DNA of 64,000 nucleotides from Paludibaculum sp. GTDB lineage: Bacteria; Acidobacteriota; Terriglobia; Bryobacterales; Bryobacteraceae. Shown here one piece after another: positions 20,813 to 31,291 of this stretch (within the stretch, counting starts at the first letter, position 1; each line of letters starts with the position of its first letter). The notes beneath the pieces are model-generated. The model did no database searches. It was not told where the DNA came from and saw only the letters and a program-made list of their open reading frames with translations. Location of the stretch: contig JASGIE010000059.1 of assembly GCA_049841055.1 (NCBI GenBank), positions 1,516 through 65,515 of the forward strand, in the 5' to 3' direction. The position numbers and the translations under genes were made by a program.

Positions 20813-21772
20813 ATGATCAAGGTCGAAGGACTGACCAAGCGTTACGGCCGCAATGTCGCCGTGCAGGGCATCAGCTTCGAAGTGGAAAAGGGCCAGATTG
20901 TGGGCTTCCTGGGGCCGAATGGCGCCGGCAAGACCACCACAATGCGCATCCTCACCTGCTTCATGCCGCCCACCCAAGGCACAGCTCATGTAGCGGGATT
21001 CGACGTGCTGGAAGCGCCCATGCAGGTGAAACAGAGGATCGGCTATCTGCCTGAAAATCCACCGGTTTACCCTGAGATGGAAGTTGAAGAGTACCTCCAT
21101 TTCGTGGGACGCCTGAAAGGGATCCCCGGGTCGGAACTGGCCAAGCGTGTGGACGAAGTGGCGGAGCGCTGCTCCGTCGCCGATGTGCGCAAGAAGCTCA
21201 TCTCGAAGCTGTCCAAGGGCTACCGGCAGCGCGTCGGTCTGGCTCAGGCCATCATTCATAATCCCGACGTACTGATCCTCGACGAGCCCACCGCCGGCCT
21301 CGATCCCAAACAGATCCACGAGACACGCGACCTTATTCGCTCTCTCGCCGGCGAACACACCATCATCCTGTCTACCCATATCCTGCCCGAGGTCGAGCAA
21401 ACCTGCGATCACGTGGTGATCATCACCAAAGGCTGCATCGTTGCCACGGACTCCGTGCAGAACCTCACCTCCCGGCTGCGCGGCCAGGAGGCGGTGGCCG
21501 TCCAGGTTTCCGGCGGCGATGAACCAATCATTCGCCAACGGCTGGAGCAGGTGGCCGGCGTCAGCCGCGTGGTCGCCCGCGACACCCACAACGGGCTGCA
21601 TTCCTTCGAGGTGGAATCCCTGCCGGGTAAAAACGTGCGCGCCGAAGTGGCCCGCGCGGTGGTCGAATCCGGCTGGAATCTGACTGAGCTGCGCGCCGTC
21701 GCCCTGAGCCTGGAGGATGTCTTCCTGGAGCTCACCGCCACTGAGAAGCCCGGCGAAGGAGCCAATCAATGA
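20813..21772 (+). CDS. ABC transporter ATP-binding protein (GldA-like)
   Basis: GPNGAGKT Walker A, LSKGYRQRVG signature, ILDEPTAGLDP. Confidence 0.95.
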   Translation: MIKVEGLTKRYGRNVAVQGISFEVEKGQIVGFLGPNGAGKTTTMRILTCFMPPTQGTAHVAGFDVLEAPMQVKQRIGYLPENPPVYPEMEVEEYLHFVGRLKGIPGSELAKRVDEVAERCSVADVRKKLISKLSKGYRQRVGLAQAIIHNPDVLILDEPTAGLDPKQIHETRDLIRSLAGEHTIILSTHILPEVEQTCDHVVIITKGCIVATDSVQNLTSRLRGQEAVAVQVSGGDEPIIRQRLEQVAGVSRVVARDTHNGLHSFEVESLPGKNVRAEVARAVVESGWNLTELRAVALSLEDVFLELTATEKPGEGANQ

Positions 21773-22536
21773 ACAACGTCATTACCATCTGCCAGAAGGA
21801 ATTGAAGAGCTACTTCGCATCGCCGATCGCCTACCTCCTGATGGCCATGTTCGCGATCGTCTTCGGCTTCTTTTTCTGGAATGCCGTCGGCTACTTCGTG
21901 AATGTCAGCTTCCAGTCCCAGGCCATGGGCCGCAGCTTCCCCATGGATGTGAACGAAATGATCATCCGCCCACTGCTGATGAACGTTTCAGTGATCGGAC
22001 TGTTCCTGATTCCGCTGATCTCCATGCGCCTGTTCTCGGAAGAGAAGCGCTCCGGCACCATCGAATTGCTCCTCACTTCGCCCATCCACGACGCCGAAAT
22101 CATCATTGGCAAGTGGCTGGCCGCGGTGGCTCTCTACGGCTGCATCCTTCTCATCAGCGGCCTCAACTTCTTCTTCCTGTTTGCTTACGGCAAGCCGGAC
22201 TGGAAGCCTCTGGTCATTGGCTACCTGGGTCTCATTCTGCAGGCCGGCGCGCTGCTGGCCATCGGAGCCTTCGTCTCCACGCTCACCCGCAATCAGATCA
22301 TCGCCGGCGCCGTCACCTTCTCGGTCTGCCTGCTGCTCTGGGTGTTTGAATGGGTGGCCGGCTATGAGACCTCCACCTGGGCTTCGGTCATGGGCTACAT
22401 GTCGGTGGTCCGCCACTTTGAGCCCTTCTCCAAGGGCGTCATGGATACACGCGATGCGGTCTATTTCGCGTCGATGATTTTCCTGGGACTGTTCCTCACG
22501 GCGCGGAGCCTGGAATCGCTCCGCTGGAGAGCGTAA
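21769..22536 (+). CDS. ABC-2 permease (GldF-like)
   Basis: KELKSYFASPIAY, SMRLFSEEKRSGTIELLLTSP, multiple TM segments. Confidence 0.92.
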   Translation: MNNVITICQKELKSYFASPIAYLLMAMFAIVFGFFFWNAVGYFVNVSFQSQAMGRSFPMDVNEMIIRPLLMNVSVIGLFLIPLISMRLFSEEKRSGTIELLLTSPIHDAEIIIGKWLAAVALYGCILLISGLNFFFLFAYGKPDWKPLVIGYLGLILQAGALLAIGAFVSTLTRNQIIAGAVTFSVCLLLWVFEWVAGYETSTWASVMGYMSVVRHFEPFSKGVMDTRDAVYFASMIFLGLFLTARSLESLRWRA

Positions 22537-22554
22537 ACGCGAGGAGACACCACA

Positions 22555-23945
22555 ATGAGCACTACCTGGATGAAAAGCCGCCAGACCAAGTACACCGCTT
22601 ACGCCGGCGTTTACATCGCCGTCATCATCGCGGTCCTCGCCACGGTCAACTTTCTGGCCAACCGTTACAACAAGTCGTTCGACGCGACCTCCAATAAGCG
22701 CTACTCCCTTTCCGACCAGACCATCAAGCTCGTCTCCGGCCTGAAGCAGGATGTTGCCATCTCCTACTTCGACGAGACCCCAAACTTCGCCAAGGCGAAG
22801 GATCTGCTGGACCGGTACGACAACCTCTCCACCAAGCTCTCCGTCACTTACATCGATCCCTTCAAGAAACCGCAACTGGCCAAGCAGTTCGGCATCAGCC
22901 AGACCGGAACGATCGTTCTGCAGTCCGGAGACCGCCGTCAGGAGGCCCGCTCCGTCAGCGAAGAAGAACTCACTTCCGCCATAGTCCGGCTCCTCAAGAC
23001 CGGTGAGCGTACCGCCTGTTTCACCATTGGCGCCGGCGAGCACTCGCTGGAAGATACGACCAATAGTTCCTATGGCGGCATGAAGGACCTGGTCACGAAG
23101 AACAACTACAAGACGCAGGTCATCAACCTGATGGAGAAGCCCGAAGTCCCGGCCACCTGTTCGCTCGTGGTGGTGGGCGGACCGAAAGTCGACTATCCTC
23201 AGCCCGTCGTGGAGGCATTGAAGAAGTACATCGAGGATGGCGGCCGCGGACTGTTCCTGTCCGATCCACCGTTAAAGACCGGCAAGGAAACCGTCGCTGA
23301 GAACAAGGCTCTGCTCGATATGCTGGGCGGCTGGGGCGTGACGCTCCAATCCAATCTGGTTCTCGACACTTCGGGACTCGGCAGCCTTTACGGCATGGGG
23401 CCGGAAGTCGCGCTGGCCACTCGCTATGAGAATCACCCGATTGTCCGTGAAATGAAACGAGCCGCCACGGCATTCCCGCTGGTGCGCTCGCTCGACGTGA
23501 AGCCCACGGACAAAACGACGGCCGAGAAGCTGGTCTCGACCTCGAATAATTCCATCGCCGCTACTCGAACCTCAATGCGGCTGGCGGCGCCATCACCATG
23601 CCGAAAGGCGACACTCAGTCCTACACCGTCGCGGCCGCCGGAATTTATCGCACCGGCAAGCAGAAGGACAACAACAATGTGGAGGGCCGTTTCGTGGTTG
23701 CCGGCTCTTCCGACTGGATCTCGAACTATGCGCTCGGCTTCGCGGGCAATCGGGATCTCGTCATGAACATGATCAACTGGCTCACCAACGACGAGGACCT
23801 GATCTCCATCCGCCCGAAGGATCCGGAAGACCGCCGTATTCAGCTCACCGGTTCGCAGATGCTGATGGTCCGCATGGTCAGCCAGTTCCTCATCCCGATC
23901 TTCGTGATCGTCTTCGGGATCATGGTCTGGTGGCGCAGGAGGTAG
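22555..23945 (+). CDS. GldG-family ABC auxiliary protein (apparent frameshift ~23565)
   Basis: FDATSNKRYSLSDQT, GAGEHS, VVGGPK, GNRDLVMNMINWL...ISIRPK, C-terminal TM ending WWRRR. Confidence 0.88.
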
Positions 23946-23952
23946 CCGGCAC

Positions 23953-25291
23953 ATGAAGGCGAGAGGATTACTCGTAGCCGTCGTCCTGCTGGCGGTCCTG
24001 GGCGGAGCTGTCTACTGGTCCAACAAACAGCAGAAGGAGGATGCCGCCAAACCGCCTGCCGACGCGCCTCCCAAGATCCTGACCCTCAATGAAGGAGACA
24101 TCACCGGCGTCGACATCAAACGCCGCGAAGGGGAGACCACCTCGCTCAAGCGGGGCGCCTCCAATGTCTGGACAGTCACTGCTCCGCAGGCCTTCGACAC
24201 GGATCGCGATGCCATCAACAACCTTCTCACCGGGCTGACATCCCTCAGCTCCGAGAAGGTGATTGACGAGAAGCCCACGGACCTCGGCAGCTTCGGCCTG
24301 AAGACTCCGGCTGTCCAGGTGGTGGTTCTCGTTGAAGAACGGCAAGACCCGCACCGTCAGCGTCGGCGACGAAGCGCCGGTGGGCGGAGCCACCTTCGCC
24401 CAGGTAGACGGCGATGCACGCGTTTTCACGATCGCCTCCGCGACACGGGCCACGCTCGACAAGCTGGGCGTCGACTTCCGCGACAAGCGTCTGCTCAAGT
24501 TCGACGTCACCAAGCTGGCGCGCCTGCAGTTGACCGTGAAGGGCGTCAACCTCGAGTTCTCCAAGAACGGCCAGAACGAGTGGACCATCGTCAGCCCCAA
24601 GCCCATGCGCGCCGACGGCTGGCAGGTGGAGGAACTCGCGCGCAAACTCACCGACGCGAAGCTCGATCCTCTCCTTACCTCGGACCAGCAGGCCGATCTG
24701 GCCAAACAGTTTGCCGCCTCCGCGCCGCTCGCCACTGTCGCGATCACCGACGCCGCCAATACTCAAAAGCTGGAAGTGCGCAAGAACAAGGAGAACAAGT
24801 TCTACGCCAAATCGAGCGCGGTGGAAGGCTTCCATCTCATCACGGATGAGATCGGCAAAGCGCTCGACAAGACCCCCGAGGACTTCCGGAACAAGAAGCT
24901 CTTCTCATTCGGCTTCAACGATCCCACCCGGGTGGACTACAAGGACGCAGCCAAGCAGCTCAACGCCAGCAAGGCCGGCGACCGCTGGGTGGCCAACAGC
25001 AAGACCATGGACTCGGTCGGCATCCAGTCGCTCATCGACCGTCTGCGCGACCTGTCGGCAACGAAATTCCCGGACACGGGTTTCACCACGCCGGAAATCG
25101 AGATTGGCGTCACCTCGCAGGACGGCAAGGTCACCGAGAAGGTGTCTATCTCGAAAGCCGGCGACCGCTACATTGCGCGCCGCGAAGGGGAACCGTCACT
25201 CTATGAGTTGGAGGCCAAGTCCGTGTCCGACCTACAAAAGGCAGCCAGCGACGTGAAGGAGCAGCCACCGGCGAAGGGCGCGGGAAAGTGA
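23953..25291 (+). CDS. DUF4340-domain protein (apparent frameshift ~24330)
   Basis: N-terminal TM; repeated DFRDKRLL/DFRNKKLF units, FGLKTP; typical position after gldG-like gene. Confidence 0.8.
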
Positions 25292-26609
25292 ACGCGCTAC
25301 TCACCGACCTCTACCAGCTCACCATGGCCGCCGGCTACTGGTGCGCCGGCAAGACCGGTGAGGTGGCGACCTTTGAGCTGTTCGTCCGGCGCCTGCCGCC
25401 GAACCGCAACTTCATCCTGGCCGCGGGCCTGGACCAGGCCTTGGAATACCTGCTCGAACGTCCGCTTCACTGAGGACGAAATCCTCTACCTGAAGGCGTT
25501 GCCGCAGTTTCATCGCGTGCCTGAGGGCTTCTTCGACGCCCTCCGTGCGTTTCGCTTCACAGGGGATGTCTTCGCGGTTCGGGAAGGAACGCCGCTATTT
25601 CCAGGTGAGCCGATTCTGACACTTCGCGCGCCCTCTGCTCGAAGCCCAGATTCCGGAAACTTTCCTGCTGGCCACCATCGGCTTCCAGACCCTCATCGCG
25701 ACCAAAGCGGCACGCATCGTGGAGGCGGCCGGAGGACGGTCAGTGGTCGAGTTCGGCACCCGCCGCGCCCATTCGCCCGAGGCGGGCGTCTTTGCCGGAC
25801 GCGCCGCGTATGTCGGCGGCTGCACCGGAACGTCCAACACGCTCACTGGCATGCGCTACGGCATTCCTGTGTTCGGCACCGCGGCGCATTCCTGGGTCCA
25901 GAGTTTTCCCACCGAACTGGAGGCCTATCAGCGCCTGCAGGACCTGTTGGGCCCCGCGACCACCTACCTCATCGACACCTACGACACGTTGGAAGGTGCG
26001 CGCCGCGCCGTCTCGCTGGGGAGGCCGATGTGGGGGGTCCGCCTCGACAGCGGAAATCTGGTGGAGCTTTCCCGCGCGGTCCGGGGCATCCTCGACGAAG
26101 CGGGCCTCAACGACGCAAAGATCATGGCCACCGGCGACCTGAACGAGTACAAGATCCTGGAACTCGTCGCCACCGGAGCTCCCATCGACTCCTACGGCGT
26201 CGGCACCGAGTTGGCGACCTCGTCCGACGCGCCCAGCCACGGTGCCGTGTACAAGCTCGTGGAACTCGAATCCAACGGGACACGCCGCTTCACGGCAAAG
26301 ATCAGCCCCGATAAATCCACTGTGCCCGGAGCCAAGCAGGTCTTCCGTTATCCCGGCTACGACATCCTTGGCCGCGCCTCGGAGTGCTTCCTGCAAGGTT
26401 GCGACGCCTTGCTGAGGCCCGTCGTCCTGGGCGGCGAGATTGTCGGACATCGCCCCAATGCCGCTGAAGCCCGCCAGCATGCCCGGGAAAGCATCGACCG
26501 CCTCCCGAAGAAATACCGCAGTCTCTTCGAGTGCGATCCGCCTTACCGCATCGAATACAGCTCCGAGCTCATCCAACTGACCGAAGAGTTCCGCCGGAGC
26601 GAGCGATGA
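25288..26609 (+). CDS. pncB: Nicotinate phosphoribosyltransferase (apparent frameshifts ~25455, ~25635)
   Basis: LLTDLYQLTM, EFGTRRAH, GTAAHSWV, LIDTYDT, GVRLDSG, GVGTEL, VYKLVE. Confidence 0.93.
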
Positions 26610-27133
26610 AGACAGTCTTCTTCGACATCGATACCCAGTTCGATTTCGTGAATCCCGCTGGAGCCCTCTATGTCCCCGGCTCCGAATTCATCATCCCGAA
26701 CGTGGCGCGCCTCAACCGTTACGCCGCGGAGCGCGGAATCCCTCTGATCTCCACGACGGACGCGCACACGGAAACGGATCCCGAGTTTGCATTCTGGCCG
26801 CACCACTGTGTCGCCGGCACCCTGGGTCAGCGAAAACCGGAGCCGACGTTGGTCGGCCAGATTGTTTTAACCAAACAGTCTGTGGATTGTTTTACGATCC
26901 CGGGCCTGCCTGCCTTGCTCGACGATCTGGGCGCGGAACGCTGTGTCGTCTATGGCGTGGTCACCGAGATTTGCGTGAAACACGCGGTTTTCGGGCTTCT
27001 GAAGACAGGCAGGTATGTGGAACTCGTCACCGATGCGGTGAAGAGCCTGGATGAGGCTGCCGCGGCGCAAATGCTTCGCGACCTCGCCGCTCAGGGCGGC
27101 GTGGCGACAACTGTCGACGCCGTCTGCCGCTGA
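26606..27133 (+). CDS. pncA: Nicotinamidase / isochorismatase-family cysteine hydrolase
   Basis: DIDTQFDF, DAH, WPHHCVAGT, GVVTEICV; ATGA overlap with pncB. Confidence 0.85.
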   Translation: MKTVFFDIDTQFDFVNPAGALYVPGSEFIIPNVARLNRYAAERGIPLISTTDAHTETDPEFAFWPHHCVAGTLGQRKPEPTLVGQIVLTKQSVDCFTIPGLPALLDDLGAERCVVYGVVTEICVKHAVFGLLKTGRYVELVTDAVKSLDEAAAAQMLRDLAAQGGVATTVDAVCR

Positions 27134-27142
27134 TCCGCCTGG

Positions 27143-27545
27143 CTAGGCTGCGGCTTCCGGTGGAATCGGAACGTCCTTGGCATCGCGCCACAGACGTTCG
27201 AGTTGATAGTACTCCCGCTTCTCTTGCGAGAAGATATGCACGATCAGGTCCCCGAAGTCGCCGAGAATCCATTCGCCGTTCTCGAAGCCTTCCACACTGA
27301 TTCGGCATCTCGCCGGCCTCTTTCTTCAGACGCAGGGCGATCTCGTCCCAGATAGCCTGGTTCTGGCGCTGGTTCGAACCCGAGCAGATGAGGAAATAAT
27401 CGGCGAAGGAGGTGACCTCGCGGAGGTCCAAAATGCGGATGCCGTCCGCCTTCTTGGCTTCGGCTGCCCGCAAAGCAAGCTGCCACGTGGGGCTTTCCGT
27501 GACGACTGCAGTAGCGACTGCCCCGTTTTCTTTAGGTTTCCGCAA
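27143..27545 (-). CDS. rsfS: Ribosome silencing factor RsfS/Iojap (apparent frameshift ~27300; start approximate)
   Basis: [26 protein letters not shown]; second frame [14 protein letters not shown]...[13 protein letters not shown]. Confidence 0.92.
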
Positions 27546-27596
27546 GCGTTCTGAGTGGAACTTCTCCTTATGCCGTATCGTACTACAATAAGAACA

Positions 27597-28359
27597 GTGC
27601 GCAAGTGTTTTGTTAGTTTGGCGTTCCTTCTCATAGGGAGCTTGCAGGCGCAGACCATCTACTCGCGTCACCAGCTACTCGACCGCGCTCTCAGCAGTGC
27701 GGCCGACATCGGGTGACGACATGATCCTCAAGCGCACTCTCTACGGCAGCTTGCGCCCCGATGAGATCAGCATCGAGCAGGCCGACGAGATGGTGGCCGC
27801 CTCTCAGCGCCGTTTCGACCGGATCAAAGACCTCGTCGAACAGGTGAAGCCGCTCATCGACCAGGGGATTTACGCCCGCAACGAACTGACCCCCATCCTC
27901 GAGGAACTGGACTACCGCCGCCGCACGCTCACCCTCGCCGAGTCCCGCGCGCGCTTTCTTCGCGAGATCGCGGAGATGGCGAAGGCCGAGCAGGCACTGG
28001 AAGCCAATCGCGAGGAAGATCTGGGCCCGAAGCCTCTACAGGAACGGTATGACGGGAACGGCCTGTTCACGCCTGGGCTGATGCGCGACGTGATCCTTTC
28101 GTACGAGAAGCAGTTCGCCAAAGCTCTCCCCATCAGCGCCAACGGCGAGACGGCCATCCACAAGGCGATGGGCTACGATCACCGGGGCCGCATCGACGTG
28201 GGTCTCAGCCCGGATACGCCCGAGGGCATCTGGCTCCGTCAATACCTCGAGTCGAAGAAGATCCCCTACTACGCCTTCCGCACCGCCATCCCCGGCCGCG
28301 CGACGGCTGCCCATATCCACATCGGGCCGCCCAGTAATCGCCTGCGCGCGGCGGACTAG
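27597..28359 (+). CDS. Secreted hypothetical protein, coiled coil plus C-terminal H...D...HxH domain (apparent frameshift ~27715)
   Basis: GTG 27597 gives signal peptide MRKCFVSLAFLLIGSLQA; main ORF has DHRGRIDV and AHIHIGP. Confidence 0.65.
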
Positions 28360-28423
28360 CGCACAACGGGGCCTTCTTCAGAACTTCTCTCCCTGGAACG
28401 CCCTGTTATGCCAGACTGATCGC

Positions 28424-28945
28424 ATGGCGTCTCCTAAAATCGAAGTCCTGATCCCCCACGAAGAAATCCAGACCCGCATCGCCTCTCTCGGCGCGCAGAT
28501 TACCGCCGACTACGAAGGCCGCTCCATCGTTCTCGTGGGGGTCCTGAAGGGCTCGTTCATGTTCCTGGCCGACCTGGTACGCCACATCAATCTCCCGCTG
28601 CGGATAGAGTTCATCGGCACCAAGAGCTATGAGGGCTCCACCACCTCGGGTCAGGTGCAACTCACGAAGGATCTCGACAAGCCGATTCAGGATGAGGATG
28701 TTCTGCTCGTCGAGGACATCATCGATACCGGACTGACCCTCAACTACCTGCAGCACATCATGTCGCAGCGTGCCCCGCGCTCTCTCAAGATCGCCTCGTT
28801 CCTGGACAAGCCCTCCCGCCGCCGCATTGCGGTCGAGGGTGACTACATCGGCTTCACCATCGAAGATAAGTTCGTCATCGGCTACGGCCTCGACTTCAAT
28901 CAGCGCTATCGCAACCTCAAGGATCTCTGCATCCTCGTCCCGTAA
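28424..28945 (+). CDS. hpt: Hypoxanthine phosphoribosyltransferase
   Basis: VGVLKGSFMFLADL, VLLVEDIIDTGLTL PRPP motif, FVIGYGLD. Confidence 0.96.
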   Translation: MASPKIEVLIPHEEIQTRIASLGAQITADYEGRSIVLVGVLKGSFMFLADLVRHINLPLRIEFIGTKSYEGSTTSGQVQLTKDLDKPIQDEDVLLVEDIIDTGLTLNYLQHIMSQRAPRSLKIASFLDKPSRRRIAVEGDYIGFTIEDKFVIGYGLDFNQRYRNLKDLCILVP

Positions 28946-29002
28946 TGATCGGGGCGCCTCATCGAATCTATCTGACATCTGAAATTTTATATAGTGATCT
29001 GT

Positions 29003-30925
29003 ATGAAGCGCCGCGACCTCTTCTCCGCCTTCCCGTTCACAGGCTACTCGCTGGCCGTCCTTGCGCAGGACCTCCACGGCCAGTCCTTGCCGCCCGGCAA
29101 GCCCGATTTTGACGTCGTCGCGCCGCCCAGGAACCGCCCCAAGACCATCCAGCACGAGCCCAATATGACGCTGGTCGAGCTCAAGGCGGACGTCTTCATC
29201 GCCGGCGGCGGGCTGGCCGGAGTCTGCGCCGCGCTGAGCGCCGCGCGCAACGGCGCCAAGGTCGTCCTCGTCCAGGACCGCTCCCGTCTCGGCGGCAATT
29301 CATCCAGCGAAGTGAAGATGCACGTCGTCGGCGCCAACTCGCACCGTAGCCGCCCTGGCTGGCGGGAAGGCGGCCTGATTGAGGAACTCCGCCTCGACGA
29401 CGCGGCCGGCAATCCCCAACGCAGTTGGGAGATGTGGGATCTGCTTCTCTACGACAAGGTCGTGAGTGAGAAGAACATCACCGTACTGCTCGAAACCACC
29501 CTCTATAGCGTGGTGAAGAAGGGCGACGCCATCGACTACGTCATGGCTCGCTGCGACAAGAGCGAGCACCTCTATCGCGTCCACGCGCCCATCTTCCTCG
29601 ACTGCACCGGCGACTCCCGCCTTGGCCTCGAATCCGGAGCTCTCATGCGCACCGGCCGCGAAGCCCGCTCCGAGTTCAACGAATCCCTGGCGCCCGAGAA
29701 GCCCGACGAAGAGACCCTTGGGTCTAGCATTCTCTTCACCTCGCGCGACTACGGCCGACCCATGCCCTTCACCCCACCCAGTTGGGCCCGCAAGGTCACG
29801 AAGGAGCATCTCCGCTTCCGGCCCACCAAGACCTGGGAGTACGGCTACTGGTGGATCGAGTGGGGTGGGAATCTCAATACGATCTGGGATAACGAGCGGA
29901 TCCGCTACGAGTTGCTGGCCATCGCGCTCGGCGTCTGGGACTACATCAAGAACAGCGACAACCACCCCGATTCCGCCAATTGGGCGCTCGACTGGCTCGG
30001 CATGATGCCCGGCAAACGCGGCAGCCGCCGCATGGTCGGCGACCACCTGCTGACGCAGCATGACCTGCTCAAAGGCGAGTTTGACGACGCGGTCGCCATC
30101 GGAGGCTGGCCCATGGACGACCACCCACCCGGAGGTTTCGATCGCTCCGAACTGCCGCCGAATACCGTGCTGAAGACGCCGGAGGTCTACAACATCCCTC
30201 TGCGCTCGCTGTACAGCAGGAATGTGCCGAATCTGATGATGGCCGGGCGCAACATCAGCGCCACTCACGCGGCCTTCACCTCCACTCGCGTCATGGCGAC
30301 CTGCGCCTGCGTCGGCCAGGCTGCTGGGACAGCTGCCGCCCAATGCGTCTCCGCCGGCATCCTGCCCCGCCAACTGGCACAGGACCGAGCCCGGGTGCAG
30401 ACCCTCCAACAAGTGCTGCTCCGCCAGGATCAGTCGCTCCGCGGCGTCAAGAACGAAGACGCACTCGACCTCGCCAGGCAGGCGAAGATAGAGGCCTCCG
30501 GCAGTGAAGACCACTATCCGGCCCGGAACATTCTCGACGGCTGGGTTCGCGACATTCCGGGCAAAGAGGTTCATCAATGGGCCGGCCGGCTCTCTTCGGA
30601 TGGGGCCTGGATTGAGCTGCAGTGGCCGAAGCCGGTGAAGTTATCGAGTGTCCAACTCACGTTCGACACCGGCTTTCAGCGCGAACTGACCCTTTCCTCT
30701 TCCGACGGAGTAAGCAAAGGAGTTGTCCGCGCGCCGCAGCCCGAAACTGTCCGCGACTATCGGATCCTGGCTGGAGAAAAGGAACTCGTCGCAGTGACGG
30801 GGAATCATCAACGCCTGCGCCGGCACCAGTTCCCGGCCGTCACCACCGACAAAGTGCGCCTCCAGATCACCGCCACCAATGGCAGCGAACTGGCACGGCT
30901 ATTCGAAATCCGCTGCTATGCCTGA
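29003..30925 (+). CDS. FAD-dependent oxidoreductase with possible Tat signal and C-terminal F5/8-like domain
   Basis: MKRRDLF; DVFIAGGGLAGVCAA, LGGNSSSE, DCTGD, IPLRSLYS..VPNLMMAGRNIS, STRVM. Confidence 0.88.
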   Translation: MKRRDLFSAFPFTGYSLAVLAQDLHGQSLPPGKPDFDVVAPPRNRPKTIQHEPNMTLVELKADVFIAGGGLAGVCAALSAARNGAKVVLVQDRSRLGGNSSSEVKMHVVGANSHRSRPGWREGGLIEELRLDDAAGNPQRSWEMWDLLLYDKVVSEKNITVLLETTLYSVVKKGDAIDYVMARCDKSEHLYRVHAPIFLDCTGDSRLGLESGALMRTGREARSEFNESLAPEKPDEETLGSSILFTSRDYGRPMPFTPPSWARKVTKEHLRFRPTKTWEYGYWWIEWGGNLNTIWDNERIRYELLAIALGVWDYIKNSDNHPDSANWALDWLGMMPGKRGSRRMVGDHLLTQHDLLKGEFDDAVAIGGWPMDDHPPGGFDRSELPPNTVLKTPEVYNIPLRSLYSRNVPNLMMAGRNISATHAAFTSTRVMATCACVGQAAGTAAAQCVSAGILPRQLAQDRARVQTLQQVLLRQDQSLRGVKNEDALDLARQAKIEASGSEDHYPARNILDGWVRDIPGKEVHQWAGRLSSDGAWIELQWPKPVKLSSVQLTFDTGFQRELTLSSSDGVSKGVVRAPQPETVRDYRILAGEKELVAVTGNHQRLRRHQFPAVTTDKVRLQITATNGSELARLFEIRCYA

Positions 30926-30934
30926 TTCCCGCGC

Positions 30935-31201
30935 CTACAGGTGGCGCGGCAGGTGCAGCACTTTGAAGAGTGGCTCGCCGGCGCCCCAGACTAGCAGGAA
31001 CAGGAACGCACTGCCGAGTGCGACATCGTAGTTCCGTCCGGCTTCCTGAGCCAAGGGCGGCATCAGCCCGAGGCCCAGCGCCACGGCTGCTGACAGGGCA
31101 TGCCAATACCAGCGGATGTGGCTGAATCTCCAGAGCAGGAAAATCGCAACGGTCATCGAGACCAGGTAGGAAATCACGACCACAGTATTGTTCACGGTCA
31201 C
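30935..31201 (-). CDS. Small hypothetical membrane protein (3 TM)
   Basis: GGAGG before GTG start; three hydrophobic segments. Confidence 0.6.
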   Translation of the reverse strand: MTVNNTVVVISYLVSMTVAIFLLWRFSHIRWYWHALSAAVALGLGLMPPLAQEAGRNYDVALGSAFLFLLVWGAGEPLFKVLHLPRHL

Positions 31202-31291
31202 CTCCCAGCCGTACCGGAAGGAACCGGATTGCCCGCTTCCTGCCGGTCGCGGCTTCACTGCGCCTCCACTATAGCGCCGGCAACCGCGGTG

